A DNA stretch of 64,000 bases, taken from Anaerolineae bacterium. Lineage in GTDB: Bacteria > Chloroflexota > Anaerolineae > UBA1429. The stretch spans positions 1,856,001 through 1,920,000 of the forward strand of contig OY776562.1 of NCBI GenBank assembly GCA_963675785.1. The letters are read 5' to 3'. The translations under genes were made by a program, and so were the position numbers. This document shows, in pieces, positions 1 to 9,859 of the stretch. The notes beneath the pieces were generated by a model, which did no database searches, was not told where the DNA came from, and was given only the letters and a program-made list of their open reading frames with translations. Positions within the stretch are counted from its first letter, which is position 1. Each line of letters starts with the position of its first letter.

Positions 1-55
1 CTGCGGCTGTCATTTTGCAGCGTTACCTCGATAGCCAATCAGGAGAACCGCATCT

Positions 56-1204
56 GTGAACAAAGCCGCGCGAGTGATCCTCCGCATTCTGACCTCCCTT
101 TTATTGATTGCCGTAGTCGTAGTCCTTTTGGGCAGCGGCCTGCTTTACGTGCTGCAAGATGCCCGAGATAGAACGCCAGATTCTGACTTTGTCATCACTG
201 TCGATTCCATCGAACACGAACTGCTAGGTCTTTATCTCAGCTACAAAGGTGATGATACAATGGCAGCTCCAGAACCTGACAGTGAAAAGAGAGTCACCTT
301 TGTGGTTGAATCGGGCGCCGCGCTGGGTACCATCGCCACGCAACTAGAGACGGCCGGCCTGGTACAAGATGGTGATACTTTTCAAACGCTGGTGCAATAT
401 AACGGCCTCGAATACAGCATTCAGGCCGGTGTATTTTCACTGAGCCCCTCCATGGATATGGAAACGATTATGGAGCAGCTGCAACACGGCCAGATCGAAT
501 CTGCCCAGGTTACCATTGTGGAGGGATTGAGGGTTGAAGAAATAGCAGCTCAGTTAGAAGAGGCGGGGGTCGTCTCGCAGAATGAATTTCTCACAGCCGT
601 GTGGAATGGCCAGTTTGAGCATGACATTCTCGCAGACCGCCCTGATGAAATCCTATCACTGGAAGGCTATCTCTTCCCCGATACCTACTACTTGCCTCTC
701 AATACCGATGCAGACACAGTACTGCAAGTTATGTTGGACAACCTTTCACAGCGCCTGGGTGATGATCTGCTTGCCGAGATCGACGACCAAGGGACCACCC
801 TCTACGAGGCGCTTACCATGGCCAGCATCGTAGAGCGCGAAGCGATGGTAGACGAGGAGCGCGGACTCATCGCCGGTGTATATTACAACCGACTTGAGCA
901 GGGCATGGCACTGCAATCTGATCCCACCGTGCAGTATAGCAAGGGGTATAGCGAAGCGGATGCAACCTGGTGGGCACCCATGCTGCAAGAAGAGGCCCAG
1001 ACGGTAGTCTCACCTTATAACACCTTTATGGTACTGGGCCTGCCTCCCGGTCCCATCTGCAACCCGGGCCTGGCTTCCATTGAAGCCAGTGTTGAACCGA
1101 CCGAAAGCAACTATTTGTACTTTTATGCCAAGGGCGATGGCACACACGCCTTTGCCACCACCTACGAGGAGCATCTGGAAAATCAGGCCCTGTACGGGGG
1201 CTGA
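56..1204 (+). CDS. mltG: Endolytic transglycosylase MltG (YceG family)
   Basis: N-terminal TM helix; motifs LEGYLFPDTY, ASIVERE (catalytic Glu), LQSDPTVQY and SPYNT..GLPPGPICNPG; GTG start preceded by AGGAG. Confidence 0.93.
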   Translation: MNKAARVILRILTSLLLIAVVVVLLGSGLLYVLQDARDRTPDSDFVITVDSIEHELLGLYLSYKGDDTMAAPEPDSEKRVTFVVESGAALGTIATQLETAGLVQDGDTFQTLVQYNGLEYSIQAGVFSLSPSMDMETIMEQLQHGQIESAQVTIVEGLRVEEIAAQLEEAGVVSQNEFLTAVWNGQFEHDILADRPDEILSLEGYLFPDTYYLPLNTDADTVLQVMLDNLSQRLGDDLLAEIDDQGTTLYEALTMASIVEREAMVDEERGLIAGVYYNRLEQGMALQSDPTVQYSKGYSEADATWWAPMLQEEAQTVVSPYNTFMVLGLPPGPICNPGLASIEASVEPTESNYLYFYAKGDGTHAFATTYEEHLENQALYGG

Positions 1205-1214
1205 GGCCATAAAT

Positions 1215-1252
1215 AACAAAAAGGGGCGGATTTGCATCCGCCCCTTTTTGTT
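1215..1252. terminator. Bidirectional intrinsic terminator between convergent mltG and the permease fusion
   Basis: aacaaaaaggggcgga-tttgca-tccgcccctttttgtt, a perfect inverted repeat with A/T runs on both sides. Confidence 0.9.
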
Positions 1253-1269
1253 TACCGGAACTTGCATTC

Positions 1270-4200
1270 TTAGTACGAAGGATCCGTGGCTAACATCATC
1301 ACCGATAACGTAGTAAGTCGCCCTACAGCACCAATCTTGTCTGGATCGATAGTTTCGTAGGTATCTTGTGGTGTATGCACATATTCATCGGCACCATCCC
1401 AACTCAGAATCATCAAAGCCACGTCTTCACTGGGGGAAAGCCAATCAGAAAAGATGCTATGCAAGCCAGAACCTGAAGCAGTGACTTTGACACCAACCTT
1501 GCGTGCCGCATCCTGAACAATCTCTGTAAGAGCATTGCGGGTCGACAAGGAGATCAGTGCCTTTTGACCAGACCCCGCCCCCACACCCTCTAGCTCAAAA
1601 GCACCAAGGATCTCAAGCGTGTCAAAACCGGGGTGTGCCTCAAGGAAACGCTCATAATTCACAGCAGAGCCGCGCTCACCACCCGCCCAGGCCACAAAAA
1701 TAATCGTCCTTTGCGGCTTGAAATCCTGCTCAGCCATAGTACGCAACACCTCAAGCATTGTAGCAATGCCACTGGCGTTATCATTGGCGCCAGGCAAGAG
1801 TTCGCCATTTTCATCACGGCCCAAACCATCATAGTAGGCCGAGATGATGATCGCTTCGTGCCCCAGCAGCACATCCTCGCCGGGCCAAAGGCCGATAACA
1901 TTGCGCACTTCAATACGTCCAGTATCCTCGACTGGAACCGTGACAGTAACCTGCCATCCCGTATCTAGGTAGAACTTGGATGATGAAGCAATCAACATCT
2001 GAAGATCATAACCAATTACATCCATGACCTCACTCATAAAATCCAAGGTGACATATACACTAGGTGCAGCATCGTCCAGCGAAGTCCCCAACGAGGTGGG
2101 CAGTTCAAATAGCTGAGTTATATCGCTTTCATCCCCCAAGCTAATCATACCGCTCTTGGATATATACCCTAAACCCTTTTGGAATGAATATCGATCACCC
2201 AACCACAGCACGACTTTATCTTCGCGATCAATCTCTTCATCCGTAACATTGTAGGCATCATCAGCAGCATCACGAGAAGAAATGCGCGTACCTCCTGGAG
2301 ATATAACCACCAAATCTCCCGTACCATAACCGCCAGCATCAGAAGAATCGCTGTCGCGTACGAAATCGACGCCATATTCGCCTTCGATAACTTCGCCATT
2401 AGGTCCCGTAAAAACCAGCGTGGGGGTATCTACCAGATTGCGGTAATAAGCGGTGATCTCTTGGTAGTAAGTTTCATTCTCGCCGCCCGGCTGCAGACCA
2501 TAGTCGCGGAATTCTTGGGCAATAGATTCGGCAATTTCGTTCGCCTCTTCACTGCCCGAAAGCCTGCCATTTAGCGATTCGTCTGTAAGCCAGGCAATAT
2601 CCTCCATAGCCCGTTCTTCTGAAAAAGCTTTAGCATAGGCTGAATAGTGTGTCGCATAACTATTGGCATCGAACATCCAGTACACGCCAGCGCCTATAAT
2701 CACGGCAACCAAGAGTGTGTAGCGATTGAACAGTGTACGCATGGAGAGTGTTAGTTTTTCGCTCACTTGACGAAGCCCTTCGCCAAGATAGGTAAAGCCC
2801 ATGATAGCAATAAAAAAGGCCGCCGCCGGATAGAGGGCACTCCATGGCGCGCTGCGTATGCTCTTCCAAGAGTTGGCCAGCATAACGGACCATTCGGGGA
2901 CGTTATAATAAATCACTGATGGGTAGCTATCACCACTCGCGGCACGCCCCCCACCGATAAACACACCAAGAAAACCAAGCTCGCCCAGGAGCATGAGCAC
3001 GCCGCCCATCTCCAGAAAGGCTAGACTGATAATCTTGGGCCAAACATTAGGCAGAACATGCGAACTGAGAATCTGCCCCTCAGTTAGGCCATTAGCCACA
3101 GCCCCTTCGATATAGGCCATGGGGCGAATGGCAGACACTTCACTGCGCACGGCTTGCATCACATCAGCCCAACCCACCGCGGCCAGGGCAATGATGAATG
3201 AAGACATACCTTCTTGTACGCCCAGGCCATAGACAATGAGCATGGCCAATAGCAGCCCCGGAAAGGCTGAAAAAGCTTCCCCCAAGCCAATAATAAAACG
3301 ATCCAATCGACTGTCTGAATACCATCCCGCCAAAAAACCGAGCAGACAGCCAATAAGCATACGAATAACCACCGCAAAAAGGGCTATGGACAACGTCCGC
3401 CCAGCTCCGGAAAGCAACAGGCTGAGGATATCGCGTCCCTGGGCGTCTGTGCCTAATAAATAAGTCTCACTAGGCGCCATAGGCGGAACAACGCTCTCGC
3501 CATTCACTTCGATAAAGAGCTGATAATCATAAGGATCATGAGGAGAAATGGAAGTTCCAAATAAAACAACAACTAAAAGCAAAGCTGTAATAATCAAACC
3601 GACGATCAAAGAAGCGTTACCCGCCGTAGCACGAATCCAGGCATCCCGACGTGCTTTGGTTCTGATGCGAGCCGCACGTTGGTCCTCCTTATCTACTCGC
3701 TGATTGGCGCCTTGTATATCTTCAAATGAAGCCAGTTTTATCTGATGGGCAGCACGCCGCTCACGCCATCTTCTAAAGGTGAGCCAGCTCCAAAAAGAGC
3801 GGATAACCTGGCAAAACCAATCTGACCAGCTGCTCTTGAGGCGGATATGCGCAGCCTCTTCAGCCAAACGTGGATCCAACACATGCTGAAGAATATCAAC
3901 CGAAAGATTGATCAAGATAAAGGCGCCGCCCAAGATGAAAACCATCAAGCTGGCCCCAATCACTTGGCCAGTCTGTAGTAACTCCAAGAGTCCAACCCCA
4001 GCTCCAGGCCAACTGAACACAGTTTCTACCACCGGTAGGCTTGAGAGAGCCAAACGTAGTGAAGTGGCCAGAGTAACAAAAATAGTACCGACAGCATTAG
4101 TAAGAATATGCTTTAACCAAACACGATGGGGGCCCAACCCTTTGGCCTCAGCTGTCCGTACATAATCTTGGGAGAGGATGTCATTAATGGCTACATAGGA

Positions 4201-4773
4201 AAGGCGAGCAACTTGAGCAATGGGGCGAGCTGCCAGAACCATCACGGGGAGAATCATATGGCTATCCCAGCCAAAACCCCCTACAGGAACCAAACGAACC
4301 CCCGTGTTCTTGTAAAAGGCAATCTCTGCTATTTGCAGTACCATGGCCAGAAAAAAGCTGGGCGTTGATATGCCTACAATAGAGATAAACAATACGACGG
4401 CCGAAACTCCCTTGTGTTTGCTAGCCGCTGCTATAGCGCCGATCAAAACACCCAAGAACCCACCCACACTCATAGCCACAAGTAAAAGGCCAGCACTATT
4501 CTGGAACATGCGCACCAAAGCCTCGCCCAAATCTTCAGTGCTGTCAGGCATATAAGTGCCGCCAGTGTTGTAAAAAGTGCCGAGTTGCCCCGTAACAGCA
4601 CGTAGGGCCATCTCTACTACACCCTGGGCAGCATCCACGGCCACATTCAAAATGGAGATGGATTCGCCAGCAGAAGTATAGTGAGCCATCGTCTGTACAA
4701 ACATAGAAAGATAGACGATGGCGATGAGGACAAGGATGGAAGAAAGCAGACGTTTTGTAATGTACCGACTCAA
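1270..4773 (-). CDS. Fused ABC transporter permease (DppB/OppB + DppC/OppC) with C-terminal PA/M28 peptidase-like domain
   Basis: First half has DYVRTAEAKGL (EAA motif) and VETVFSWPGAG. Second has LGTDAQGRDILS and YIEGAVANG. C-terminus has PGANDNASG, RTIIFVAW and YVHTPQDT, typical of M28. Confidence 0.85.
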   Translation of the reverse strand: MSRYITKRLLSSILVLIAIVYLSMFVQTMAHYTSAGESISILNVAVDAAQGVVEMALRAVTGQLGTFYNTGGTYMPDSTEDLGEALVRMFQNSAGLLLVAMSVGGFLGVLIGAIAAASKHKGVSAVVLFISIVGISTPSFFLAMVLQIAEIAFYKNTGVRLVPVGGFGWDSHMILPVMVLAARPIAQVARLSYVAINDILSQDYVRTAEAKGLGPHRVWLKHILTNAVGTIFVTLATSLRLALSSLPVVETVFSWPGAGVGLLELLQTGQVIGASLMVFILGGAFILINLSVDILQHVLDPRLAEEAAHIRLKSSWSDWFCQVIRSFWSWLTFRRWRERRAAHQIKLASFEDIQGANQRVDKEDQRAARIRTKARRDAWIRATAGNASLIVGLIITALLLVVVLFGTSISPHDPYDYQLFIEVNGESVVPPMAPSETYLLGTDAQGRDILSLLLSGAGRTLSIALFAVVIRMLIGCLLGFLAGWYSDSRLDRFIIGLGEAFSAFPGLLLAMLIVYGLGVQEGMSSFIIALAAVGWADVMQAVRSEVSAIRPMAYIEGAVANGLTEGQILSSHVLPNVWPKIISLAFLEMGGVLMLLGELGFLGVFIGGGRAASGDSYPSVIYYNVPEWSVMLANSWKSIRSAPWSALYPAAAFFIAIMGFTYLGEGLRQVSEKLTLSMRTLFNRYTLLVAVIIGAGVYWMFDANSYATHYSAYAKAFSEERAMEDIAWLTDESLNGRLSGSEEANEIAESIAQEFRDYGLQPGGENETYYQEITAYYRNLVDTPTLVFTGPNGEVIEGEYGVDFVRDSDSSDAGGYGTGDLVVISPGGTRISSRDAADDAYNVTDEEIDREDKVVLWLGDRYSFQKGLGYISKSGMISLGDESDITQLFELPTSLGTSLDDAAPSVYVTLDFMSEVMDVIGYDLQMLIASSSKFYLDTGWQVTVTVPVEDTGRIEVRNVIGLWPGEDVLLGHEAIIISAYYDGLGRDENGELLPGANDNASGIATMLEVLRTMAEQDFKPQRTIIFVAWAGGERGSAVNYERFLEAHPGFDTLEILGAFELEGVGAGSGQKALISLSTRNALTEIVQDAARKVGVKVTASGSGLHSIFSDWLSPSEDVALMILSWDGADEYVHTPQDTYETIDPDKIGAVGRLTTLSVMMLATDPSY

Positions 4774-4872
4774 AATGACTCCCCCGTACTCATGAATGCT
4801 CGCTCATTGTAGCAAAGTGAAACGATGTAGCAAGTTGGCATTTGCAACCAAACAGACAGGTGTTATGAACAC

Positions 4873-4900
4873 TTGACACGAGTAGATGCCCGCATATACT
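4873..4900 (+). promoter_or_regulatory. Putative sigma70 promoter for the ferredoxin
   Basis: TTGACA-N16-TATACT. Confidence 0.55.
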
Positions 4901-4916
4901 CAGGGCGGATAATTAA

Positions 4917-5207
<291 letters not shown>

Positions 5208-5232
5208 GATTGGCTTTTGCGAAAGACCGAAC

Positions 5233-5265
5233 AAAAGGCTCTCTGACGTTGTCAGAGAGCCTTTT
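5233..5265. terminator. Bidirectional intrinsic terminator
   Basis: aaaaggctctctgac-gtt-gtcagagagcctttt between convergent genes. Confidence 0.88.
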
Positions 5266-5267
5266 CT

Positions 5268-6527
5268 TTACCACCGCAATAGTCCGTTATCCCATTCGAA
5301 AACATGGTTGCCCGCTGTAGCATTCACGGCTGCAAGCAAAAGCCCGCCTTCCCAGAACCAGCCATGTGCTCCAAAAGCAGCTCTGGATGCTGCCTGCTCA
5401 AGAGGTTTACCATCAAAACGTACTGTCGCAGGGCAAGGCGTCTCGGCGGCAAGGGTAAGATTTTCTGCGCCCATCGGCAGATTCAAACGAACCTGCCCCT
5501 CGACACTTTCAAGGTTGGCCATGCTGCGCGCACAGGCGTAACGCGTAATCTGTGAGGGCTTTTGCCACAATGTACGGCTGCCATCGGGATCGTGGGTACG
5601 CAAGCGTTCCACAACCTGCTGGAGCACACGAAATCCCCTGCGGTCGCCATCATGCAAGCCGTAGAAACCCTGCCAATGGCTGCACATGATTGCTGGCTGC
5701 CGCAGCCGGATCAATTCAACCAGACGCCCCCCGCTACCATCCTCACGGATGTAATAGTCAGCATCGGCCTGCCGGTAGCCTTCCCAACTGCCAGTATGAT
5801 CTTGGGTGGCAGCAATGATCTCCCCTACTGCTGTGCCAGATTCCACATCGGCGTACCATACCGGTGTCTCTATAGCAGGTCCATCCTCGATACGCTTGAA
5901 AAAGTAAGGGCAGGCGTTGCCAGTAACTTTGGATAAAACAGCTCCTGTGAGTTGGGCGTAGATCGGCAGGGAATTACCAGCGAACCCGCCGGGCGAGGTG
6001 ACCCCCTCTGGCGGCAAGCCCACATCACAGAGTATCTGGCAGGCCAGGCGCATGATACGATAGACCAAATCGGCGTTCTGTTCGGGAAGAGTTTCCCATT
6101 CGTATTGTTCCCAGGGCTCGCCCGTCAGAGGCTGAAGCGTATCAGGATCCAATACACGGGTGTGAGTCAGCATTTCCGGTGTTATGTCAAATGATGGAGT
6201 AATGAGTTCGCGACACATGCGCAGCCAGTCAGCCTGTTGCCCTCGCGTAAAAAGCGGCAGGGGTTTGTCGATACGGCCTATGCCCGCTGGCACGGGCACC
6301 ACACTAAACTTGCCGCGCACGCCGTTCTCCAAACACCAAGCGGCAAACTCGGCAGTAAATGCTTGGGGATGTACCACCGGCACATCCTGCCAACGCCGGT
6401 TTTGCCCATCGACGAGGTTCCGATCGCGCATCCAGAAATAATTGAGGTTGTAGAGCAGCGTAGAGTCGTCAATGATCAACGACAGCGGCACACGATCCAA
6501 TGCAAAACGTGTAATTTCGGCCTGCAT
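5268..6527 (-). CDS. Conserved hypothetical protein, possibly polysaccharide-deacetylase/NodB-like barrel
   Basis: 419-aa ORF with RBS GGAGG; LSLIIDDS, EMLTHT, GVTSPGGF and MCSHWQG motifs resemble CE4-like metal sites (inference). Confidence 0.55.
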   Translation of the reverse strand: MQAEITRFALDRVPLSLIIDDSTLLYNLNYFWMRDRNLVDGQNRRWQDVPVVHPQAFTAEFAAWCLENGVRGKFSVVPVPAGIGRIDKPLPLFTRGQQADWLRMCRELITPSFDITPEMLTHTRVLDPDTLQPLTGEPWEQYEWETLPEQNADLVYRIMRLACQILCDVGLPPEGVTSPGGFAGNSLPIYAQLTGAVLSKVTGNACPYFFKRIEDGPAIETPVWYADVESGTAVGEIIAATQDHTGSWEGYRQADADYYIREDGSGGRLVELIRLRQPAIMCSHWQGFYGLHDGDRRGFRVLQQVVERLRTHDPDGSRTLWQKPSQITRYACARSMANLESVEGQVRLNLPMGAENLTLAAETPCPATVRFDGKPLEQAASRAAFGAHGWFWEGGLLLAAVNATAGNHVFEWDNGLLRW

Positions 6528-6541
6528 GAGATGCCTCCCTG

Positions 6542-7249
6542 CTACATGCCGGTAGACCGCGCAGCTCCCACATAACGCTCATCATACAGCTCGGGCTTGT
6601 AGGCCATACGCCGGTCAGGACAGCCCTCGCGAGGACAGAGCAGGCAGCTGTAAAAGTCTTCTTCCACAGCAAAGCGAATGCCCGATACCGACTTGTTGGG
6701 CGTCATCAGCATGGTTTCGCCCAAAGCTACGCCAATAAGGTTTTGCGTATCTCCCAGCACATTGAACAGCGGCCGCTGCTCTCGGATGGGCCAATCGGCC
6801 AGGGAACCCGGCGCCATGGTTGACGTCTTGCCGGGATGGTACTGCTCATCAATAGTCTGCTTGAGTGCGGCGATGGCCGCCCCCAGCACGACCTCTTTGA
6901 TGGCCTCTGCCTCATATTGCAGCAAAAGGTCCTCTAGCGATTCTGCCCAGGCATTGATCTCGCAACCACACGTCGCTACATAGGCAAACACACGCTGCTT
7001 GCCTTGTAGATTAACGGACAGAACACGACTGACAAAATGCTCGCCTTCGATGATGACACCCGTTTCATCAAGCTCGGAGATAAACCCAGTACGGGCCATA
7101 GCCGCCGGTTTACCCACTTGCACGGCCTCAGCACAGAGTTTTTCAAACTCAGCGTAGGATTTGCTGGCGGGCTTGATGTGCAGACGGCGAGCCATAGCCT
7201 CGACATCCAGCGTCCAAGGGATATCATGCAACACGATGAGATCATTCAT
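6542..7249 (-). CDS. Vitamin B12-dependent methionine synthase activation-domain-like protein
   Basis: YVATCG, MAPGSLADWPIREQRPLF, MLMTPNKSVSGI and a C-terminal C-x2-C-x4-C; start set at ATG 7249 (GGAGG upstream). Confidence 0.75.
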   Translation of the reverse strand: MNDLIVLHDIPWTLDVEAMARRLHIKPASKSYAEFEKLCAEAVQVGKPAAMARTGFISELDETGVIIEGEHFVSRVLSVNLQGKQRVFAYVATCGCEINAWAESLEDLLLQYEAEAIKEVVLGAAIAALKQTIDEQYHPGKTSTMAPGSLADWPIREQRPLFNVLGDTQNLIGVALGETMLMTPNKSVSGIRFAVEEDFYSCLLCPREGCPDRRMAYKPELYDERYVGAARSTGM

Positions 7250-7427
7250 GCACGTAATAACCTCCAAATCCAAGAGCACCTATCTGACTTTTGACAAAGT
7301 ACAAACACAGGCAACAACAATCAGATCATCTCCAGAATGGCTGGCACACACAGTGCGAATAGACACATTTTTCCCTATATCGCAGATGCAAGCGAGCGAA
7401 CATCGACCTGCCCAGTGGAATCTTCTA

Positions 7428-7457
7428 TTGACGCGCAAAGGCTGAGAGCGCTATGCT
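7428..7457 (+). promoter_or_regulatory. Putative sigma70 promoter
   Basis: TTGACG-N18-TATGCT upstream of the 7500 ORF. Confidence 0.45.
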
Positions 7458-7499
7458 CAATATGCAGGACATGCTAACCAAGCAAGCGGAGGCAGCACA

Positions 7500-8480
7500 A
7501 TGAAGATCTTTGTAGTTGGGGGTACAGGATTTCTAGGATACCACACTATTCAGGCCTTAACGAAAAAAGGGCATTCCGCTGTCACCATCGCACTGCCACC
7601 CATGCCTGCACCCGAGCTTCTTCCAGAAAGTGTGCAGTGCGAACTCGGCAATATGAACGAGATGAGCGACGATTATTTGGTAGAGTTGATGCGGGGATGC
7701 GATGGGTTGGTGTTTGCTGCAGGAAAAGATGAGCGCATCGTACCAGAAGCGCCCGCCTATCCTTTTTTCCGCAAAGCTAACGTCGATGATTGTGTACGCA
7801 TGATTCACATTGGCGTACGTGCAGGCGTCAAACGTGCTGTAGTGCTCAACTCTTATTTTGCTACCTTTGCCCGGCGCTGGCCTGAGCTAGAGATGGCGCG
7901 CTGGCACCCCTATGTACGCAGTCGTATCGAACAAGCCCAAGAAGCCATTGCTGCTGGGGGCCCGAATATGGATGTGATGATTCTGGAGCTACCCTACATC
8001 TTTGGCACCATGCCGGGGCGTACACCGCTGTGGACCATCTTCACAGACATGTTTTTGGCGCAGCGCGCGGTGTATTACACATCCGGGGGCTCAGCCTGCA
8101 TTACCGCCAAACAAGTGGGGCAGGCCGTTGTAGGGGCGCTAGAACAAGGCAGAGCAGGCGAGCGCTATCCCATTGGGTGGAAGAACCTGACCTGGAAAGA
8201 GCTTTATACCAAGTTCGTGGAGTATATGGGCATCCAACGCAAACTGCGCCATGCACCCAAATGGTTGGCCAAGCTCTTTGCCCGCAATATGCTCGCCCGC
8301 GAAAGGCATGAGGGCAAAGAAGCGGGAAGTAACCCGGTTCACTTTATGGATACCCAGTGCCGCGAGACCTTTATCGACCCCGAACCCGTCATGACCGAAT
8401 TGGGCTATGAACCCGACGATCTCGATGCGGCCATCGCCGATTCTGTGCGGGCCTGCATGGCCTCTTACAAAACCCTCTAG
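7500..8480 (+). CDS. NAD-dependent epimerase/dehydratase (extended SDR)
   Basis: N-terminal VVGGTGFLG Rossmann motif; YxxSR in place of YxxxK; RBS GGAGG. Confidence 0.85.
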   Translation: MKIFVVGGTGFLGYHTIQALTKKGHSAVTIALPPMPAPELLPESVQCELGNMNEMSDDYLVELMRGCDGLVFAAGKDERIVPEAPAYPFFRKANVDDCVRMIHIGVRAGVKRAVVLNSYFATFARRWPELEMARWHPYVRSRIEQAQEAIAAGGPNMDVMILELPYIFGTMPGRTPLWTIFTDMFLAQRAVYYTSGGSACITAKQVGQAVVGALEQGRAGERYPIGWKNLTWKELYTKFVEYMGIQRKLRHAPKWLAKLFARNMLARERHEGKEAGSNPVHFMDTQCRETFIDPEPVMTELGYEPDDLDAAIADSVRACMASYKTL

Positions 8481-8484
8481 CAAA

Positions 8485-8518
8485 GCGGCCAGTCGTCTTT
8501 CCGACTGGCCGCACCTTT
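8485..8518. terminator. Stem-loop terminator between convergent genes
   Basis: gcggccagtcg-tctttc-cgactggccgc followed by cctttt. Confidence 0.7.
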
Positions 8519-9406
8519 TCAGATATCCAAACGTTGGCGCACGCGATCCATAAGGCTCTCTGGTGCATGGGTGCACACGGCAAACAAAAGCAAGAGCCCC
8601 GGACCGCCGTGGCTGGCCAATGAAACACCAATCTCATCAACCTCGATATCTTCTTCGGACCTGCCCAAGGCCTCGGATAGACGCGTACGCATATCCATAG
8701 CAGCGTCCTCGGTTCGAGCATGCAAAATGATGATGCGCTCCACCGAATCCAGCCTGGCAATCTCTTCGACAATGCGGATCATGCCTTTTTTGCTAGACCG
8801 AGAAACGCCAACCAGTTTGAGTTCGCCGTCGGTCATGGTCAACAAGGGTTTGACATTTAGCGCACGCGCCACCCGATCAATGGTAGGCAAAACGCGGTCT
8901 AGCCGCCCACCGCGCCGAATATACTCGAGCGATTCGAGCTGCAAACGGGCCAGCGTTCGCTCGCGCAAATCCTGCAGTGCTGGCAGAATCTCCTCCACCG
9001 TGTGGCCCTCACGTGCCATTTTGGCAGCCAATTCGACCTGCAGCCCCGCCCCACGAGAGGCGAATCGCGAATCACAAACCGTCACGCGATTGCCAAAATC
9101 CATGGCCCCCAACCGCGCGCTGTTGAACGTGCCGCTGTGCTCAGCAGTAATGGTAATACAAAGCGCATCATCGCCGGCATCCACAATCTCTTGAAAAGCC
9201 CGTACGAAATCCCCTGCCGGCGGCTGAGAGGTTAGCGGCTTAAAGCCCTGTTCGATATAAGCCCAGAACTCTTCGCGAGCAGTTGGGGAATCAGGAACCC
9301 TATGATCTCCCAGCGTCACCACAATCGGCACCACGCTGATGCCATACTCCTCTGCCAGCCCAGCAGACAAGTCCGTTCCACTGTCACACACGATGCGCAG
9401 TGCCAA
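8519..9406 (-). CDS. DegV family fatty-acid-binding protein (FakB-like)
   Basis: IVCDSGTDL, PLTSQP, SGTFNSA, LEYIRRGGR, LNVKPLL and SHGGPG. Confidence 0.92.
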   Translation of the reverse strand: MALRIVCDSGTDLSAGLAEEYGISVVPIVVTLGDHRVPDSPTAREEFWAYIEQGFKPLTSQPPAGDFVRAFQEIVDAGDDALCITITAEHSGTFNSARLGAMDFGNRVTVCDSRFASRGAGLQVELAAKMAREGHTVEEILPALQDLRERTLARLQLESLEYIRRGGRLDRVLPTIDRVARALNVKPLLTMTDGELKLVGVSRSSKKGMIRIVEEIARLDSVERIIILHARTEDAAMDMRTRLSEALGRSEEDIEVDEIGVSLASHGGPGLLLLFAVCTHAPESLMDRVRQRLDI

Positions 9407-9451
9407 GTTTCCCCCTTCCGCGCCGAGGCGTCTATCGCCCTAGCCCAAACT

Positions 9452-9859
9452 CTAGTGTCCGCCTTGTGGTTGAAGGCGATCACGATCCAATATGCCGCGC
9501 TGTGCCCCAGCCTGCGCCCCGTATTCCCTGGCGCAATCGGCACATGATTGCAGCACAATCTCGTCGACCATACGAATAACCAAATCGATGTAATCGGATG
9601 TGGTCTCAGCAAACTCTTCCGCGCCTTCTGGCACATCCAAGTTCAATATACGCTCTTGCGCGGCTAACAGGTCATCCAGCAGTTCTGCCGCCTGATCTAC
9701 GCCCATATCCAGCGCCGTTTCAAGAGCCTGATCAAATAAGACCAACTCTTCATCTACTGCGCTTACATAAGCATCCACCGGATCGGTTTTCTGACAGCCG
9801 ACCAGCGTAGAACTGGCCACGATAGCCGCAAGCAGGAATATCCTAGCTAATGTCTTCAC
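9452..9859 (-). CDS. Hypothetical lipoprotein
   Basis: Signal peptide with lipobox LVGC; acidic helical body; overlaps the upstream gene end. Confidence 0.6.
   Translation of the reverse strand: MKTLARIFLLAAIVASSTLVGCQKTDPVDAYVSAVDEELVLFDQALETALDMGVDQAAELLDDLLAAQERILNLDVPEGAEEFAETTSDYIDLVIRMVDEIVLQSCADCAREYGAQAGAQRGILDRDRLQPQGGH

Noticed and set aside
9452-9560. CADC motif in the small lipoprotein as a heme c site
   Set aside because: It is CxxCA, not CxxCH.
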